Notes under the pieces: model-generated
Told to the model about the DNA's origin: nothing
Database searches by the model: none
What the model saw: only the letters and a program-made list of their open reading frames with translations
Position numbers and translations under genes: made by a program
Shown: positions 48,601 to 62,899 of the stretch, one piece after another
Layout: every line of letters starts with the position of its first letter
Position numbering within the stretch: position 1 is the first letter of the stretch
Origin: Mobula hypostoma
Taxonomy: Eukaryota
Length of the DNA stretch: 64,000 nt
Direction of reading: 5' to 3'
Assembly: GCF_963921235.1 (NCBI RefSeq)
Contig: NC_086106.1
Location: 33,480,001-33,544,000 of the forward strand

Positions 48601-49489
48601 ACAGGAAGTAGAAAGTTATTGCTGTGATGGAGAGCATGTTAGGTGTCACAGATGTAGATAGGAATGGTTAGGGTTAAGGAAAGGAATGAACTAATTGGAA
48701 AAAATGGAGTTAAGATATGCAGAAAAGAAGTCAGTGTGCAGGAGCTGGTAGAAACAATAGGCCTACCGGGCAGTTTGGTTTGTAGCTCGTGGGTAGCAGT
48801 GTGCAGTGCTGATTTTGTTAGTATTTCTCAAGACTGACAGAATCTGCAGAACCTTGTGAGTTCATTGACTTCAGTCTGTTACTAAACAGTCCATATATTG
48901 GAATATTGTTAAGTACCTCACCAACTCATTTATCTCAGGCTGCAGAAGGAAGCCAGTGTTGACAGAGTAAACTCACAGTAAATGAGAAAACATGCAAACT
49001 CCACTAAAACAGCACAAGAAATCAAGATAAAACAGATTGCTGAGTTGTTAGGTAACTAGTTTACTGGATGTGCCACTGTGCAAGTCTATTAATACTTATG
49101 TATTAAGTATAGAAGTGATGCTGACACAATTCTCAGAGCCACTATTCCTCCTACACCTCTATGGGAATGATTGCTTGTTGACTTGACCAGTGAATTTGGA
49201 TTTCACGTAGGCCCAGTCGCCTTCTTAGTTATGGCCCAGATCTGGAGAGTATGCAGAGGAAATATCATACAGCAGCAAGTTCCTTTATTCAGGACTTATT
49301 ACACTGTACAGAGTGCACATTGAGTGTGAGCTCAAAATTACTCTAATGATCCAAACAACCTCCAGAAATTTGCAACATTCACGTTACAACAGTTGTAGAT
49401 TTTATTGTTTCACATTAATTCAACAGTGACCTCATTTCCATTTTAGGTTTTGATCATTGCCAGTTGCTGGAACAGACGCTATTCAGCTT

Positions 49490-52450
49490 ATCAAAACTGC
49501 TCCGCCATTCCATCATGGCTGATTTATTATTCCTCTCATTCCTATTCTCCTGTCTTCTACCCATAATCTTTGACAGCTCACTCAGTCAAAAACCGATCAA
49601 ATGCTATTTTAAATATACCCAATGACTTGGCCTACAGAACGGTGTGTAGCAATGAATTCCACAGATTCATTGCCATCTGGCTAAAGAAATTCCGCCTCAT
49701 CACTGTTCTAAAGGGATATTCTAGTATTCTGAGGCTGTGCCCTTTGGTCCCAGATTCACCCACTACAGGAAGCACCTTCTCCAACTCCACTCTGTCAAGG
49801 TCTTTCAATATTTGATAGAAGAATGTGGGGATCCGATTTAAACCTAAACTCCAATGAGTTCAGGCCCAAAGCCAACAAACGTTTCTCGTACATTAATCCA
49901 TTAATTCCCATGATCATTCTCATGAACCACCTCCGGACCCACTCCAATGTCAGCATATTCTTTCATAGATAAGGGAGGCCAAAATTGTTGTCAATAATCT
50001 AGCACGGATTGATAGGTTCTTGATTTAGCAAGGGCATCAAAGATTACTGGGAGGAGAATGGGGTTGAGAGGGACAATTCGCCCATTTGGGAAATAGTCTA
50101 CGCCTTTATTCCTCCTACCAAAGTACATTACCATACACTTGGCTGCATGAAATTAAAACTGCCACTTCTTTGCCCATTCTCCTAATCTGTCTAACTTTTC
50201 TGTAGACTCCCTCCTTTGACAACACTTCCTACTCCTTTACTATTTTGATATCGTCAAAGGCCTTCTGAAAATCCAAGTAAACAACATCTACTACCTCTTC
50301 TTAATCTGACCTGCCTATTATTTCTTCTATGAATTGCAACAGATTTGTCAGTTAAGATTACCCCTTAAGTAAACCATGCTGACCTTGGTCTCTTTTATCA
50401 CGAGCCTTCAATCACCCTGAAATCTCATCCTTATTAATGGACTCCAACAACTTCCCAACTATTATCTATCGTATAATTTACTGTCTTTTGCCTCCTTATC
50501 TCTTTGAAGAGTGCAGTGACCTTTGCAAGTTTCTAATTCCCCGAAACCATTACAGAATCTAGTCATCCTTCAGAGATCTGTAACACCTCCATAATCATTT
50601 AGTGCTGAAAGGGAACCCTGAAACAGAACTGTTGACAAATGTCAAATGAATCTGGAGGAGCACAGGAATCAGCTTTCTGGCTTTGAGCTGAGTGATAGAA
50701 AGTAGGATTAATACTGATGGGTCCTCACTCATCAGCGTGGACAAGCTGGACTGATATCCCTACTTCTATGCATTATGATAGGACGACCCATGTTGTTCTC
50801 CCTGTAGGTGACACTGTTGAAACACAATCATCGCATAGTTTCCTTCAAATACCTTCGACAACCAAGAAATCAGCACGTCTCCGCCATCCATCACTTTTAA
50901 GCTAATCTTGCTCAGTGCTGAATACTTCCAATATTATTCATCCTATCCTTGGATCACCTTTGAGCAGTTTTGACATTCTCGTTTTTCTCCAACTCTATGT
51001 TCATATGCCTCCTACTTCTATAAGCTAAGCCTCTGTTGATCTCCAAACGAAGATCAGTTCTCTAATCCTCTCCTATTGGACAAAACCATATTTTGTCATG
51101 TTACAATTAACTTTTAATTACCAAGGCCATCGAATTCTGTCGGTAAATGTTTTGGATTCTTAACATGTCTGTTATCTTTTAAGAATTAACTCCTTGCCCT
51201 AGTTTATGTTAATATCACCTGATGACATTCAGCACCAATTGATTCAATTCTGCGTTGCACAATAAACGTGGAACTTGGAACACGGAACGGTTCAGGCCTT
51301 GGCCCAAGATGTTGTGTGACCTATATAAATCTACTAAATGATCAATTATACCCCTCCCTCCTACACAGCCCATAACCCTCCATTTTCTTACATCTGTATC
51401 CCTAGGTAAGAGTCTCCTAAATGTTCCTATTGAATATGCCTTTACCAGGACCGTAGCAAACAGTTCCATGCACCTAGCACTTGTTTTGTAAACAAAACAT
51501 CTATTTTGACATCTCCCCTAAGGTTTACTCCATTCAGCTTAAAAGGGTACCCTCTAGTATTGGCCATTGCTTTCCTGGGAAATACGGTGCTGGCTTCCAA
51601 ATATCTCAATGCGTCTCATAATCTGAAACGTCTCTAATCCTTCTTCATTCCAAAGAGGAAAGCCCTATATTGCACAATCTTGCTTCCTAAGGCATGTGCT
51701 CCAATCCAAGCTACATTCTACTCCCTCACTAAAGCTTCACGTCCTTCCTATGATGAGATAGTCAGAGCTAAGCACAATACTCTAAGTAATGTCTCACCAG
51801 AGTTTTACAGAGCTGCAACATTATCCTGTGCAGCTACTTTGAGAGATCTATGCTCTCATATCGTCCACTCTGTTCCTCCACACCACTAAATATCCTGTTG
51901 TTAACCCTGTGCTTTCTTCAAGTTCAACCTTCTAAAGTATATCCCTTCACACTTTTCTAGATTGAACTCCATTGCCATTTCTTTACCCGCCTCTGCATCC
52001 TGCCTTTATCTTATTGTAAAGTATTACAACCATATACACCATAAACAACATATGTTTGTGACAGCTGCAGACTTACGAACCCACCCTTTCACTTCCTCAT
52101 CCTGTTAATTTATAAACTTACAAAGCTTAGGGATCACAGAACAATTCTTGCTAAACAGCACCCATCAATAACCTCCAGACAGAATACCCCCCATCTTCTT
52201 CCATCCTCTGTCTTCTGTCGGTAAGACAATTCGAATCCACACAGCCAGATTTCCTTGGATTCCACATCTTGTGTTATTCTGTAAAAAGCCTGCCTGGGGA
52301 ACCTTGTCAAACACTTTCTAAAATCCATGTAAACCACATTCACTATTTTACCTTCATAGATTTTTTTCACCTCCTCCAAAACCTGAGTCATGCTCGTAAG
52401 GCATTATCTTCCCCTTACAAAATCGTGAAGTTTTGCGATTTAAATTCCAC
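49490..52450 (-). mobile_element. Cluster of degraded CR1 fragments
   Basis: Recurring LDFQKAFD, PQGxxL and FFxQRVV-like remnants on the minus strand; boundaries approximate. Confidence 0.65.
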
Positions 52451-53147
52451 TGCATCTTGTTGTGACCAAAAATTATGAACTATTTGCATGAAGATAGCAT
52501 TACCTTTTAAATTTTATTTCCCTCGCTTCTTTTAAGATTTTGTGACAGGCTTCTCCTGGGTTTCTACAACTCTGAAAGGTTTTCAACCTGGCATAAAGGA
52601 ATTGGGATGTTATTCTCGTTACTATGGTGGGAGTACGTGTTCTCCATTTGGTTCTCTTACTTAAACAGCCCAATGAGTTGTACAGGGAGCCAGTACTGCA
52701 CTTGCGCAGATAATTGATCCATCTCAAGGCCATTGCCTTTGTCTATTAGAAATGCGAAAACTTTCCAAATCAATTGAGCTACCGATGTAAGTAAAGATTC
52801 GAGAGATGCATACAAGTGCTACATTGTTCTTCCAATGTGAGCAGACAGGCAGCTTTCGAGTTACAGTAATGCAACTTTCTGCCCACGGTGAATGCCACAA
52901 CATTCGGCCACTCTATTTCCCGACTGAGATGGAAGAGCACAGAGAAGATAGGACCAAAAACATATTAAGACTCTTTGTCTTACCATTCTCACTGATAGTG
53001 TGTTACAGGTTCAACAATCTAGGTGGGAACACATTGCGTATTGTGGCCTCTGCATACTGTGGAAGTCGTGGTAAGGCAAGCGTAAAATGCAACATCCAGC
53101 AGAGGATGACTGCGACGGTGTGTAGTCAAATCCAGATCTTTAAAGTG

Positions 53148-53309
53148 ACACACACAAAATGCTAGAGGAACTCAGCAGGCCAGGCAGAATCTATGGGGGA
53201 AAAAAGAGTACAGTTGACGTTTTGGGCTAAGACCGGTCATCACTGTCCTGTACAATTTTCCATAGATGCTGCCTGGTCTGCTGAGTTCCTCCAGCATTTT
53301 GTGAGTGTG
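53148..53309. repeat. Palindromic (~160 bp) Penelope-terminus hairpin element
   Basis: Arms of about 48 bp: cacacacaaaatgctagaggaactcagcaggccaggcagaatctatgg / ccatagatgctgcctggtctgctgagttcctccagcattttgtgagtgtg. Confidence 0.85.
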
Positions 53310-56261
53310 CTTAGGTTTCCAGCATGGGCAGATGTTCTCTTGCTTGCTTTAAAGTGAAACTGCCGGCACCAATATTGCCAATGCAGTCAGATAGGTGAGA
53401 ATGAACGTGGTAGTGGGTAATTAGCCTAGAAGAACATAGTTTCTCTTTACACGGTATTGGGTGCCGGAGACAGATGAGATTAGAAAACGGGAATGATGTG
53501 AAACACACCCCAAGATGGACAATCAAAATATCCTCAGTTGTTTCAATTTACTTCTAATAAAATTAAGAATGTTAAGTATATTGTATGGGTTGGAATGTAC
53601 TAAGTGAGTGCCTCAGCCATCGTTAGAGAAAGGAAAATGTGGGAAGATTGTAGATTGTTGAATGTAGATGTGAAATGCAAAAACGTTGAGATGAATCTTG
53701 TGAAAAGGACAATGTGTGTAAAAGTTAAAGAATAAAAAAGCAGAGGGAGGTCAGGCAAAGGGTAAGTGTCTACCTCAGTGTTCCAAAAAAAAAATAGCGC
53801 CAGAGTCTGAGGATGAACTAAGCGCTGTACCCCCGCCTTCTCGTTACACTGTTTCAACAAGGACATGCCAAGTATTGCCTCTTGAGTACTCGGTGAGGCC
53901 GGCATCAGCCTGCATCCTGCCACTGTTCCGAACAGGACTACAGGAGATGGGAGGCAAAGGGGTGTAGAGGGGATGAACGAACTGTTGCTTCAAATGTACC
54001 TTGAACTGATGTATTTCTTAATGGAGCCAAAAGAAAATGTTTCCCTCTTTATAGATTGCAGTGTCTGATAGGAGACGATAATGTTAATTAATGTGTGGAA
54101 CGTGTGCGTAAATGTTTTCAAATGTATTCCAGATGACTCCAGAAGCAGGGATGCCATCCTAACAAAACTCCCCTCAGCAGCTATGTGCAAGGACCCATAA
54201 GAATCAGACATGTAAACCAATACTTTGAATATGGAATATAGTTGAAGAACTTCCAGCAGTAAATCAAACCTACCAATACTAATCTGTTTTAATACTGGTC
54301 AAAGCCGAAAAAGAATCTGAATAAATTATAACTTTGCAAGGACAGATTTCCTCCACCCACTGCAAGCCCAAAATGATGGCAACCAATTCTGCTGTTCATA
54401 CTGATAAACGGTTGGTAAGAAATTTTTTGATTGCGACCTGTAATTCAGGCACAAAAATAGCCACACCAACATCCCCAGTCAAATTATCTTTTGACCCCTC
54501 AATAAAAAATGGTTAGCATGTCACAATAATGTTCCTTAACATACTGATGAATCAACAGACTCTCAGACATATCAGGATCCTTGGACTTCATTAAGGCATG
54601 CAACATAAAATCAACTAAAGTCATTGGATAAAAAACAAGATGGAGTTACTGAGAAAGCTATGGTGGGACATATTTGAAAATCCATCAGACCCATATTCAG
54701 AGCGTGAGAAGATCCCAGCCACCCAAACTAAAAACACTCCCCTTGTGATGTTCCCAAAAGTCTTCCAACACAATTTCAACATGGTGATCATTCCTCTGCC
54801 CCCTCAAATTAATCCAGTATGTTACCAACAACTTCAACCTCTGTAACTGTAAGGGTAATTGTCCCATTTCAACTAGTAAAGCTGAAACAGGAAACAACCT
54901 TACTCTGCCACAACACAGTCTTAAAGCCTGTGGTTGTATCAGATCCAAACATTTTAAATTTGAATATGATGCTGATCCATAAGCTACACAGCCATAATCA
55001 AATATTGATCCAATTGAACAAATGTATATGGTCAACAGAGATTTTCATGTAGCACACCAGGAATATCCGCGTAGACACTGAAGGAGATTTAATGCCCTTT
55101 TACATGTCAATTATTTAACTGATATGGTACTTTCACATCTGCTTACTATCCAGCCACATGCCAAGACATCTTACCACTGACACTTCAAGAGTTTGACTAT
55201 ACAACTTCAAATTAAGTACGTTTATTGATCCTCTTTGTAAAACATACAACTTGTGTTTTAGCTACTGAAAGCTTAAAACCCCATCTATTTGCCCACTGTT
55301 CATCCTTATTAATTGCTAATTCTTGATTAGTCAGGTCATCAAATTGTATGGGAAGTAGGGATGACTGGAAGAATCGGATCAGCCATGATTTAATGGTGGA
55401 CCAGACTCAATGAGCTGAATAGCCTACTTCTGCTCCGATATCTTATGGTTTTATTTAGGAAAATGATCACTTCCAATATTTGATCTCTCATGAGATCTCT
55501 CTCACTCACTCCAGCCAAAATGTTCGAAACTAAAGTTAAATATATAGCAGTTTCAGAACTGTAATGAACCTTGAATTTCATGCCCCTCCCATCATTAAGA
55601 CACACAAAGTGTGAAATATCTAAAAATTCTTCTACAATCAAACCATTACCATTATTCTGCGAACAATCCCACAGTGAACTATGTGCGTTAACATCCCCAC
55701 ACCATCTGACCCCTAATGAGCTAGAACTACATGTGTTTTCCAACAAAATCAAGGGCTTTTCACAAGGGTTATAAGAATTTACCACTTTAATGCTCCTACC
55801 TGTTGAATCAAATACTTCTACTACAAGTGCCTCATATACCTCATTTACATCCACAACTCTATGTCCTATCACTTTCGTTATAAAACTTGTAACATCACCC
55901 CTTCTACCAACTAGTATATCATGCCTTATAATCCTGCAAGAAAAAAAAACTTATATGTGGTAACAACCAGGTTTCCTGAATATAATTGATAAACGATAAA
56001 TCAAAAATAAACTTATTAAAGTCTTGACCATTAGAAATCAGGCTTCTCGCATTCCACTGCAATATTTTTATGCCAGTTATGTACCTTCACAAGGAGACTG
56101 AAATAGAGATACCTCAGTCATCAGAGCTTCATTTACAGCTTTCCATATAACACCTGTTATATCCAGATACTTTTCATGCAGCTTTCATGATAATTTTAAT
56201 TTCCTCAGTATGACTAGATGTTTAAGCACTACAATTAAACACACTGCTGAGCGTTTATAAG

Positions 56262-56848
56262 GCACTGGTGAGGCCTCACCTTGAGTATTGTGAACAGTTT
56301 TGGGCTACTCATCTTAGAAGGGATATGCTGGCATTGGAGATGGTGCGGAGGAAGTGCACAAGGATGATTCCAGGAATGAAAGGAACGTTTGATGGCTCAG
56401 AGTCTGTACTTCCTGGAATTTAGAAGTGCTGGGGGGGGGGGTGGGGGTGGGGAGGAGGCATATCTCATGGAAACCTTTTGAATGTTGAAAGGTCTAGACA
56501 GTGTAGATGTAGAAAGGATGTTTCCCATGGTGGGAGAGTCTAGGACAAGAGAGCACATTCTCAGAATAGAAGGGCGCCCTTACAAAACAGAGATGTGGAT
56601 AAATTTCTTCAGCCAAAGGGTGGTGAATTTGTGGAATTTGTTGCCACATGCAGCTATAGAGGCCAGGTCACAGGGTGTACTTAAGGCAGAGATTGATAGG
56701 TTCTTGACTGGACATGGCGTCAAGGGTTACGGGGAGAAGGCCGGGAATTGGGGTTGAGGAGGAGAAAAAAAAAGGGTCAGCCATGATTGAATGGCAGAGC
56801 AGACTTGATGGGCCAGATGGCCTAATTCTGTTCCTATACCTTCTGGTT
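56262..56848 (+). mobile_element. CR1 3' fragment inserted in Nimb ORF1
   Basis: LYKALVRPHLEYCEQFW...FFSQRVVNLWNLLP; CR1 tail. Confidence 0.88.
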
Positions 56849-57089
56849 ATGTGCATCAGAAACTTCATTTTATCAACCAGTAAAGTATCTTTAGTAAGAG
56901 AAGTATGATGCCGACAAATAGCTACTAACTTCACATTCTGTTCTCTGACTGGTAATGCTTTATCAGCATTTGGTTAAACTTTTTGCACAGCCTCCGCATG
57001 TCACACCTAAATGTACTTCAACCCGTTGAAATTCAGCTGCCTTCCTAAGCACTTCACATCCTGTATAAGCTGCACTATATTCTCCTCCG

Positions 57090-60000
57090 CACTTAGACCA
57101 TAAAACCATAAGACAAAGGAGCTGAAGTCGGCCTTTCGGCCCATCGAATCTGCTCCGCCATTTTATCATGTGCTGATCCATTCTCCCACTTAGTCCCACT
57201 CCCCTGCCTTCTCACCATAACCTTTGATGTCCTGGCTTCTCAGATACCTATCAATCTCTGCCTTCAATACACCCAATGACTTGGCCTCCACTGCTGCCCG
57301 TGGCAACAAATTCCATAGATTCACCACCCTCTGACTAAATTTTTTTTTTGCATTTCTGTTTTGAATGGGTGCCCTTCAATCCTTAAGTCTTGTTCTCTCG
57401 TACTAGACTCCCCCATCATGGGAAACAACTTTGCCACATCCACTCTGTCCATGCCTTTCAATATTCGAAATGTTTCTCTGAGCTCTCCCTTCATTCTTCT
57501 GAACTCCAAGGAATACAGTCCAAAAGCGGATAAATGTTCCTCATATGTTAACCCTCTCATTCCTGTAATCATTCAAGTGAACCTTCTCTGTACCCTCTCC
57601 AACGTCAGCACGTCCTTTTTTAAATGAGGAGACCAAAACTGCCCACAGTACTCCAAGTGAGGTCTCAGCAGCGTCTTATACAGCCTCAACACCACATCCC
57701 TGCTCCAATACTCTATTCCTCTAGAAATGAATGCCAAAATTGCATTCGCCTTCTTCACCACCGACTCAACCTGGAGGTTAAATTTAAGGGAATCCTGTAC
57801 GAGGACTCCCAAGTCCCATTGCATCTCAGAACTTTGAATTATTTCCCCATTTAAATAGTAGTCTTCTCGTTTATTTCTTCTGTCAAAGTGCATAACCATA
57901 CACTTTCTAACATTGTATTTCATTTGCCTCTTCTTTGCCCATTCTTCCAATCTATCCAAGTCTCTCTGCAGACTCTCCATTTCCTCAGCACTATCGGCCC
58001 CTCCACGTATCTTTGTATCGTCAGCAAACTCAGCCACAAAACCATCTATTCCATAATCCAAATCATTGATGTACAATGTAAAAAGAACCGGCCGCAACAT
58101 GGACCCCTGTGGAACACTATTGGTAACTGGCAGCCAACCAGAATAGGATCCCTTTATTCCCACTCTCTGTTTCCTACTAATCAGCCAACGCTCTATCCAC
58201 GTATGTAATTTTACCGTAATTCCATGTGCTCTTATCTTGTTAAGTAGCCTCATGTGCAGCACCTTGTCAAAGGCCTTCTGAAAATCCAAATATACAACAT
58301 CCACTGCATCTCCCCTGTCTATATAAATATATATTAATGACTTGGATGAGGGAATTAAATGCAGCATCTCCAACTTTGCGGATGACATGAAGCTGGGCGG
58401 CAGTGTTAGCTGTGAGGAGGACGCTAAGAGGATACAGGGTGACTTGGATAGGTTGGGTGAGTGGGCAAATTCTTGGCAGATGCAATTTAATCTGGATAAA
58501 TGTGAGGTTATCCACTTTGGTGGCAAAAACAGGAAAACAGATTATTATTTGAAAGGTGGCCAATTAGGAAAAGGGGAGGTGCAACGAGACCTGAGTGTCA
58601 TTATACACCAGTCATTGAAAGTGGGCATGCAGGTACAGCAGGCGGTGAAGAAGGCGAATGGTATGCTGGCATTCATAGCAAGAGGATTCGAGTACAGGAG
58701 CAGGGAGGTACTACTGCAGTTGTACAAGGCCTTGGTGAGATCGCACCTGGAGTATTGTGTGCAGTTTTGGTCCCCTAATCTGAGGAAAGACATTCTTGCC
58801 ATAGAGGGAGTACAAAGAAGATTCACCAGATTGATTCCTGGGATGGTAGGACTTTCATATGATAAAAGACTGGATCGACTGGGCTTATACTCGTTGGAAG
58901 TTAGAAGATTTTATGAAGGATCTTATTGAAACGTATAAAATCCTAAAGGGATTGGACAGGTTAGATGCAGGAAGATTGTTCCCGATGTTGAGGAAGTCCA
59001 GAATGAGAGGTCACAGTTTAAGGATAAAGGGGAAGCCTTTTAGGACCAAGATTAGGAAAAACTTCTTCACACAGAGAGTGGTGAATCTGTGGAGTTCTTT
59101 GTCACAGGAAACAGTTGAGGCCAGTTCATTGGCTATATTTAAGAGGGAGTTAGATATGGCCCTCGTGGCTAAAGGGATCAGGGGTTATGGAGGGAAGGCC
59201 GGTACAGGGTTCTGAGTTGGGTGATCAGCCATGATCATACTGAATGGTGGTGCAGGATCGAAGGGCCGAATGGCCTACTTCTGCACCTATTTTCTATGTT
59301 TCTATGTTTGTATGTCTAGCCTACTTGTAATTTCCTCAAAAAATTGTAATAGGTTTGTCAGGCAGGATTTTCCTTGAGGGAATCCATGCTGAGTTCTGCC
59401 TATCTTGTCATATGCCTCCAAGTACACTGTAACCTCAACCTTGACAATCGACTCCAACAACTTCCCAACCACCGATGTCATGCTAACAGTTCTATAATTT
59501 CCTGTTTGCTTCCTTGCCCCCTTCTTAAATAGCGGAGTGACATTTGCAATCTTCCAGTCCTCCGGAACCATCCCAGAATCTATCGACTTTTGAAAGATCA
59601 TCGCTAATGTCTCCGCAATTTCCACAGCTACTTCCTTCAGAGCGCGAGGGTGCATTCCATCTGGTCCGGGAGATTTATCTACCTTTAGACTATTCAGCTT
59701 CCTGAGTACTTTCTCTGTCATAATTTTGACTGCGCACACTTCTCTTCCCTCTACCCTTGAGTGTCCGGTATACTGCTGATGTCTTCCTCAGTGAAGACTG
59801 ATGCAAAATACTCATTCAGTTCCTCTGCCATCTCCTTATCTCCCATTGCAATTTCTCCAGCATCAATTTTTATCGGTCCTATATCTACTCTCACCTGTCT
59901 TTTATTCTTTATATACTTGAAAAGGCTTTTAGTATCCTCTTTGATATTATTTGCTAGCTTCCTTTCATAGTTAATCTTTTCCCTCTTTTGACCTTCTTAG

Positions 60001-60300
60001 TTTCCTTTTTTAAGCTTTTAAAAACTTCCCAATCCTGTGTCTTCCCACTAATTTTTGCTTCCTTCTATGCCCTCTCCTTTGCTTTAACTTTGGCTTTGAC
60101 TTCTCTTGTCAACCACGGTTGCATCCTTTTTCCACTCGAAAATTTCTTCTTTTTTGGAACATACCTGTCTTGCACATTCCTCACTTCTCACATAAACTCC
60201 AGCCACTGCTGCTCTGCCGTCTTTCCCGCCAGTGTCCCTTTCCATTCAACTTTGGCCAGTTCCTCTCTCATGCCACTGTAATTTCCTTTACTCCACTGAA
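57090..60300 (-). mobile_element. CR1 (same subfamily as 2584-4383) inserted in Nimb ORF1, itself interrupted at 58322-59314
   Basis: Near-identical sequence to 2584-4383; RT resumes across the insertion (FEEITSRL|DRGDAVDVV). Confidence 0.92.
58322..59314 (+). mobile_element. 5'-truncated CR1 of a different subfamily with 6-bp TSD tgtcta
   Basis: IYINDLDEG...FADDMKL...; (tttctatg)n tail; tgtcta at 58316-58321 and 59315-59320. Confidence 0.92.
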
Positions 60301-61209
60301 ATATTTACAATGATAAAACTTTAGCCTTCACAATCTTCATACTTATGCTCCCCGCCACACTTTCTACATCTGAGTTTCCCACTACATGCTGCTGCAACAT
60401 GTCCAAACCTCTGACATTTGTAACATCTAAGTGAGGGAGAAATATAAGCTTGAACATTATAACTAACATACCCCAAACTAACTTTATCAGGGAGCTTCAC
60501 TTCATCAAAGCAGGTCAATATCAATATATTATCCATCCTTCCCTATTTCAGACTATTTGCAATCTCTTTACCTCCTTAACCTTGCATCCTAATAAATGAG
60601 ACTGACCTCGTCTATCAAAATCTCCACTGGAACATCTGTTATAACACCCCTAACACCTCTATTTCCATTAGGCAACATAGATACTATCTTCTTGTCAAGT
60701 AAAGTTTTCAATCGTAATGCCTTCTCACACTGCTTTTTAATCCTCACAAACAATTAACATCTTCCATCCTCTTCCTGCCCTTCTACTCCATCTCTTAGAA
60801 TTGTTCCAATATTATGTTTCTTTTTCTGTTTTCCAGATCCAGGTTTAACTTCATTCCAATCTGCCCCCACCAACCTATCCTCACCCGAACCCACCATTTC
60901 CGGTTCCTTTTCCAGATCCTCCCCCAACATCCCCACGCCATTGACAGCCAGCACCACCAACTGTCAAGACCCTTCACTTTGGCAGGGAATGGGAGATCTC
61001 TTTAAATAATCATAGAATGCGTAAAACATTTGTCTGTCACAATTAACTTAACAAGATTAAACCGAAGACACAAGGGCCTAACAACTCTAGTTAAGATATT
61101 GACCAGTAAAACATTCAGGTACTCAAAAACTCCAGAAGCTTCACTCTCTATTGCAAACCACAGGGCTCATGACAGCGCTCAGGCCAAGGCAACTTTGATA
61201 ATGGTTTTC

Positions 61210-61960
61210 ACCATACCAGCACCATAGAATATACATTTGTGAATGATAAACATAAGAGGAACTGCAGGTGCTGGAAATCCAGAGGAATATACTGAAAAAA
61301 CTCAGGTCATGCAGGATGTATGGAAATGAATAAACGGTCAACATTTTGGGCAGAGACCATTCTTCAGGACTGGAAAGGAAGGAGGAAGACACCAGAATTT
61401 AAAAGAAAAGGTCGGGAAGGGGAAGGTGGACTAGCTAGAAGGTGTTAAGTGAAGAGGAGAGGCTGGGAAATGCCATGGGCTAGAGAAGATGGAATATGAT
61501 AGAAGGGAGTGGACTATAGGAGAACGGGAAGAAGCATTGGCAACAGGGGGAGGAGGAGAAGTAAGAGACCAGACTGTGGAATTGAAGAAGGAAGGAGGAG
61601 AGAAAATATTCATGGGAAGGAGCAATTGATGTTCATGCCATCAGGTTGGAGGCTACTGATAGGAAATAAGAGGTATTGCTACTCCACCTTGAGAGTAGTC
61701 ACATTGTGGCGGAAGGGGAGGCCATGGACGAAAATGTTGGGCTGGGAATCGGGAAAGGAATTAAAATGATTGTCAACTGCTAAATTCCACTGTTGGCAGA
61801 TGGAGTGGAGGCGCTCAGTGAAGCAGTTCTCAATTTACGTGGGGTCTCACCAGTGTACAGGAGGTCGCATCGGTAGCACCGGACACAATAGACCGTCCCA
61901 AAAAATTTGTAAGTGAATTGTTGCCTCACCTGGACTGTTTGCAGTCCTGAATGGAGATAA
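61210..61960 (-). mobile_element. Penelope-like 3' part (GIY-YIG remnant and terminus)
   Basis: Reverse complement gives YCVRCYRCDLLYTGETPRKL...EQYLLFPI; terminal repeat with a degenerate hammerhead at ~61330-61375. Confidence 0.75.
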
Positions 61961-62539
61961 GAAGCACATAAATGGCAGGTATAATTAATTTAAATATCCA
62001 CCGGACTGTACTTAATAATTTGTACGATTTTAATCCTAACTGTTGTAAACTGCCACCTGACATAAGCCCTCATGATTTTTTTCTTTGATGGATTTTCCTC
62101 CCGATATGATATTGAAAAAATAATGAAAATGTCTCATGGATATGCAGGATGTGTACCTCATAACATCTGAAGTGGTGCAGCTTCCTTTCCCCCTGTTTTT
62201 GCCTTAACAAAAGCTTGCAGCTGATGCTCTGAATTCTATTATGCCTTCGGAGTAGGCTGTGACAATCGACAATTATGGAAACTACATTGGTTTCACACCT
62301 CTTCAAAACTCCTATAAAACACTGTGTACTAACTATGAACGTTTGCTGCTTTTCAGCTCCTTACTGCGATCGATGTTATAGACTATGTGGTGCGTACTAA
62401 CAGGAAGGATGAAATATCTGGAGGGAACAAACAAACTAACTTTGCTAAGGTAACAACAGCAGATCTTTAAGGGCACATAGCACTGTTGTGTGATCAGGCT
62501 GCCGATACTTTTCAAATTATTTTAATAAACTAGGACAAT

Positions 62540-62892
62540 CATGGGCAGTAGGGTGGAGTTGTAAGGCACACCTTCCCTCTACTAGCCTGCAGGCCACGCT
62601 TGGGCAAGGTGTAGCACCTGCTTAGCCCCCAATCAGGCTCACATGAAGACATGGGAGATGTTGGTAAATGGTCGTATGAGCAGCTGGTGCAAATGGCAAG
62701 TCCTGGTTGTGTGACCAATGACACCAGACAGATATTACTGAAGAATATTGATAATTGCTGCGGTCACCCATCTTGTAAAGACACTGCCCAGACAAAGGCA
62801 ATGGCAAACCATTTCTGCAAAAAGATTGCCAAGACAATCATGTCAAAGGCCATGATCGCCCAGTCACGACGCAGCACATAATGATGATGAGT
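62540..62892 (+). mobile_element. SINE/LINE 3' end with RTE-like tail
   Basis: ggcaatggcaaaccatttctg (RTE/BovB-type 3' motif) and a (tga)n tail. Confidence 0.55.
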
Positions 62893-62899
62893 AAAATTA

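Larger units (their letters stand above)
53330..61050 (-). mobile_element. Nimb/I-clade LINE (ORF1 CCHC knuckles; ORF2 APE, RT C-terminus, RNase H), split by nested CR1 insertions
   Basis: ORF1: LRCYKCQRFGHVAAAC...RCRKCGGEH (60321-60536), continuing CGGEYSAAYTGC (~57000-57085) and TEEIKIIMKAA (~56150-56240). ORF2: ILQWNARSL...IQETWL (~55950-56075), GDVNAHSSLW, FDYGCVAYGSAS...ALRLCCG, and MSDS (RNase H). Confidence 0.8.

Noticed and set aside
57573-58526. 317-aa ORF, longest in the window, as an intact RT gene
   Set aside because: It is a chimera: its N-terminus is the antisense of the nested CR1 (58322 onward) fused in frame to the host CR1 RT.
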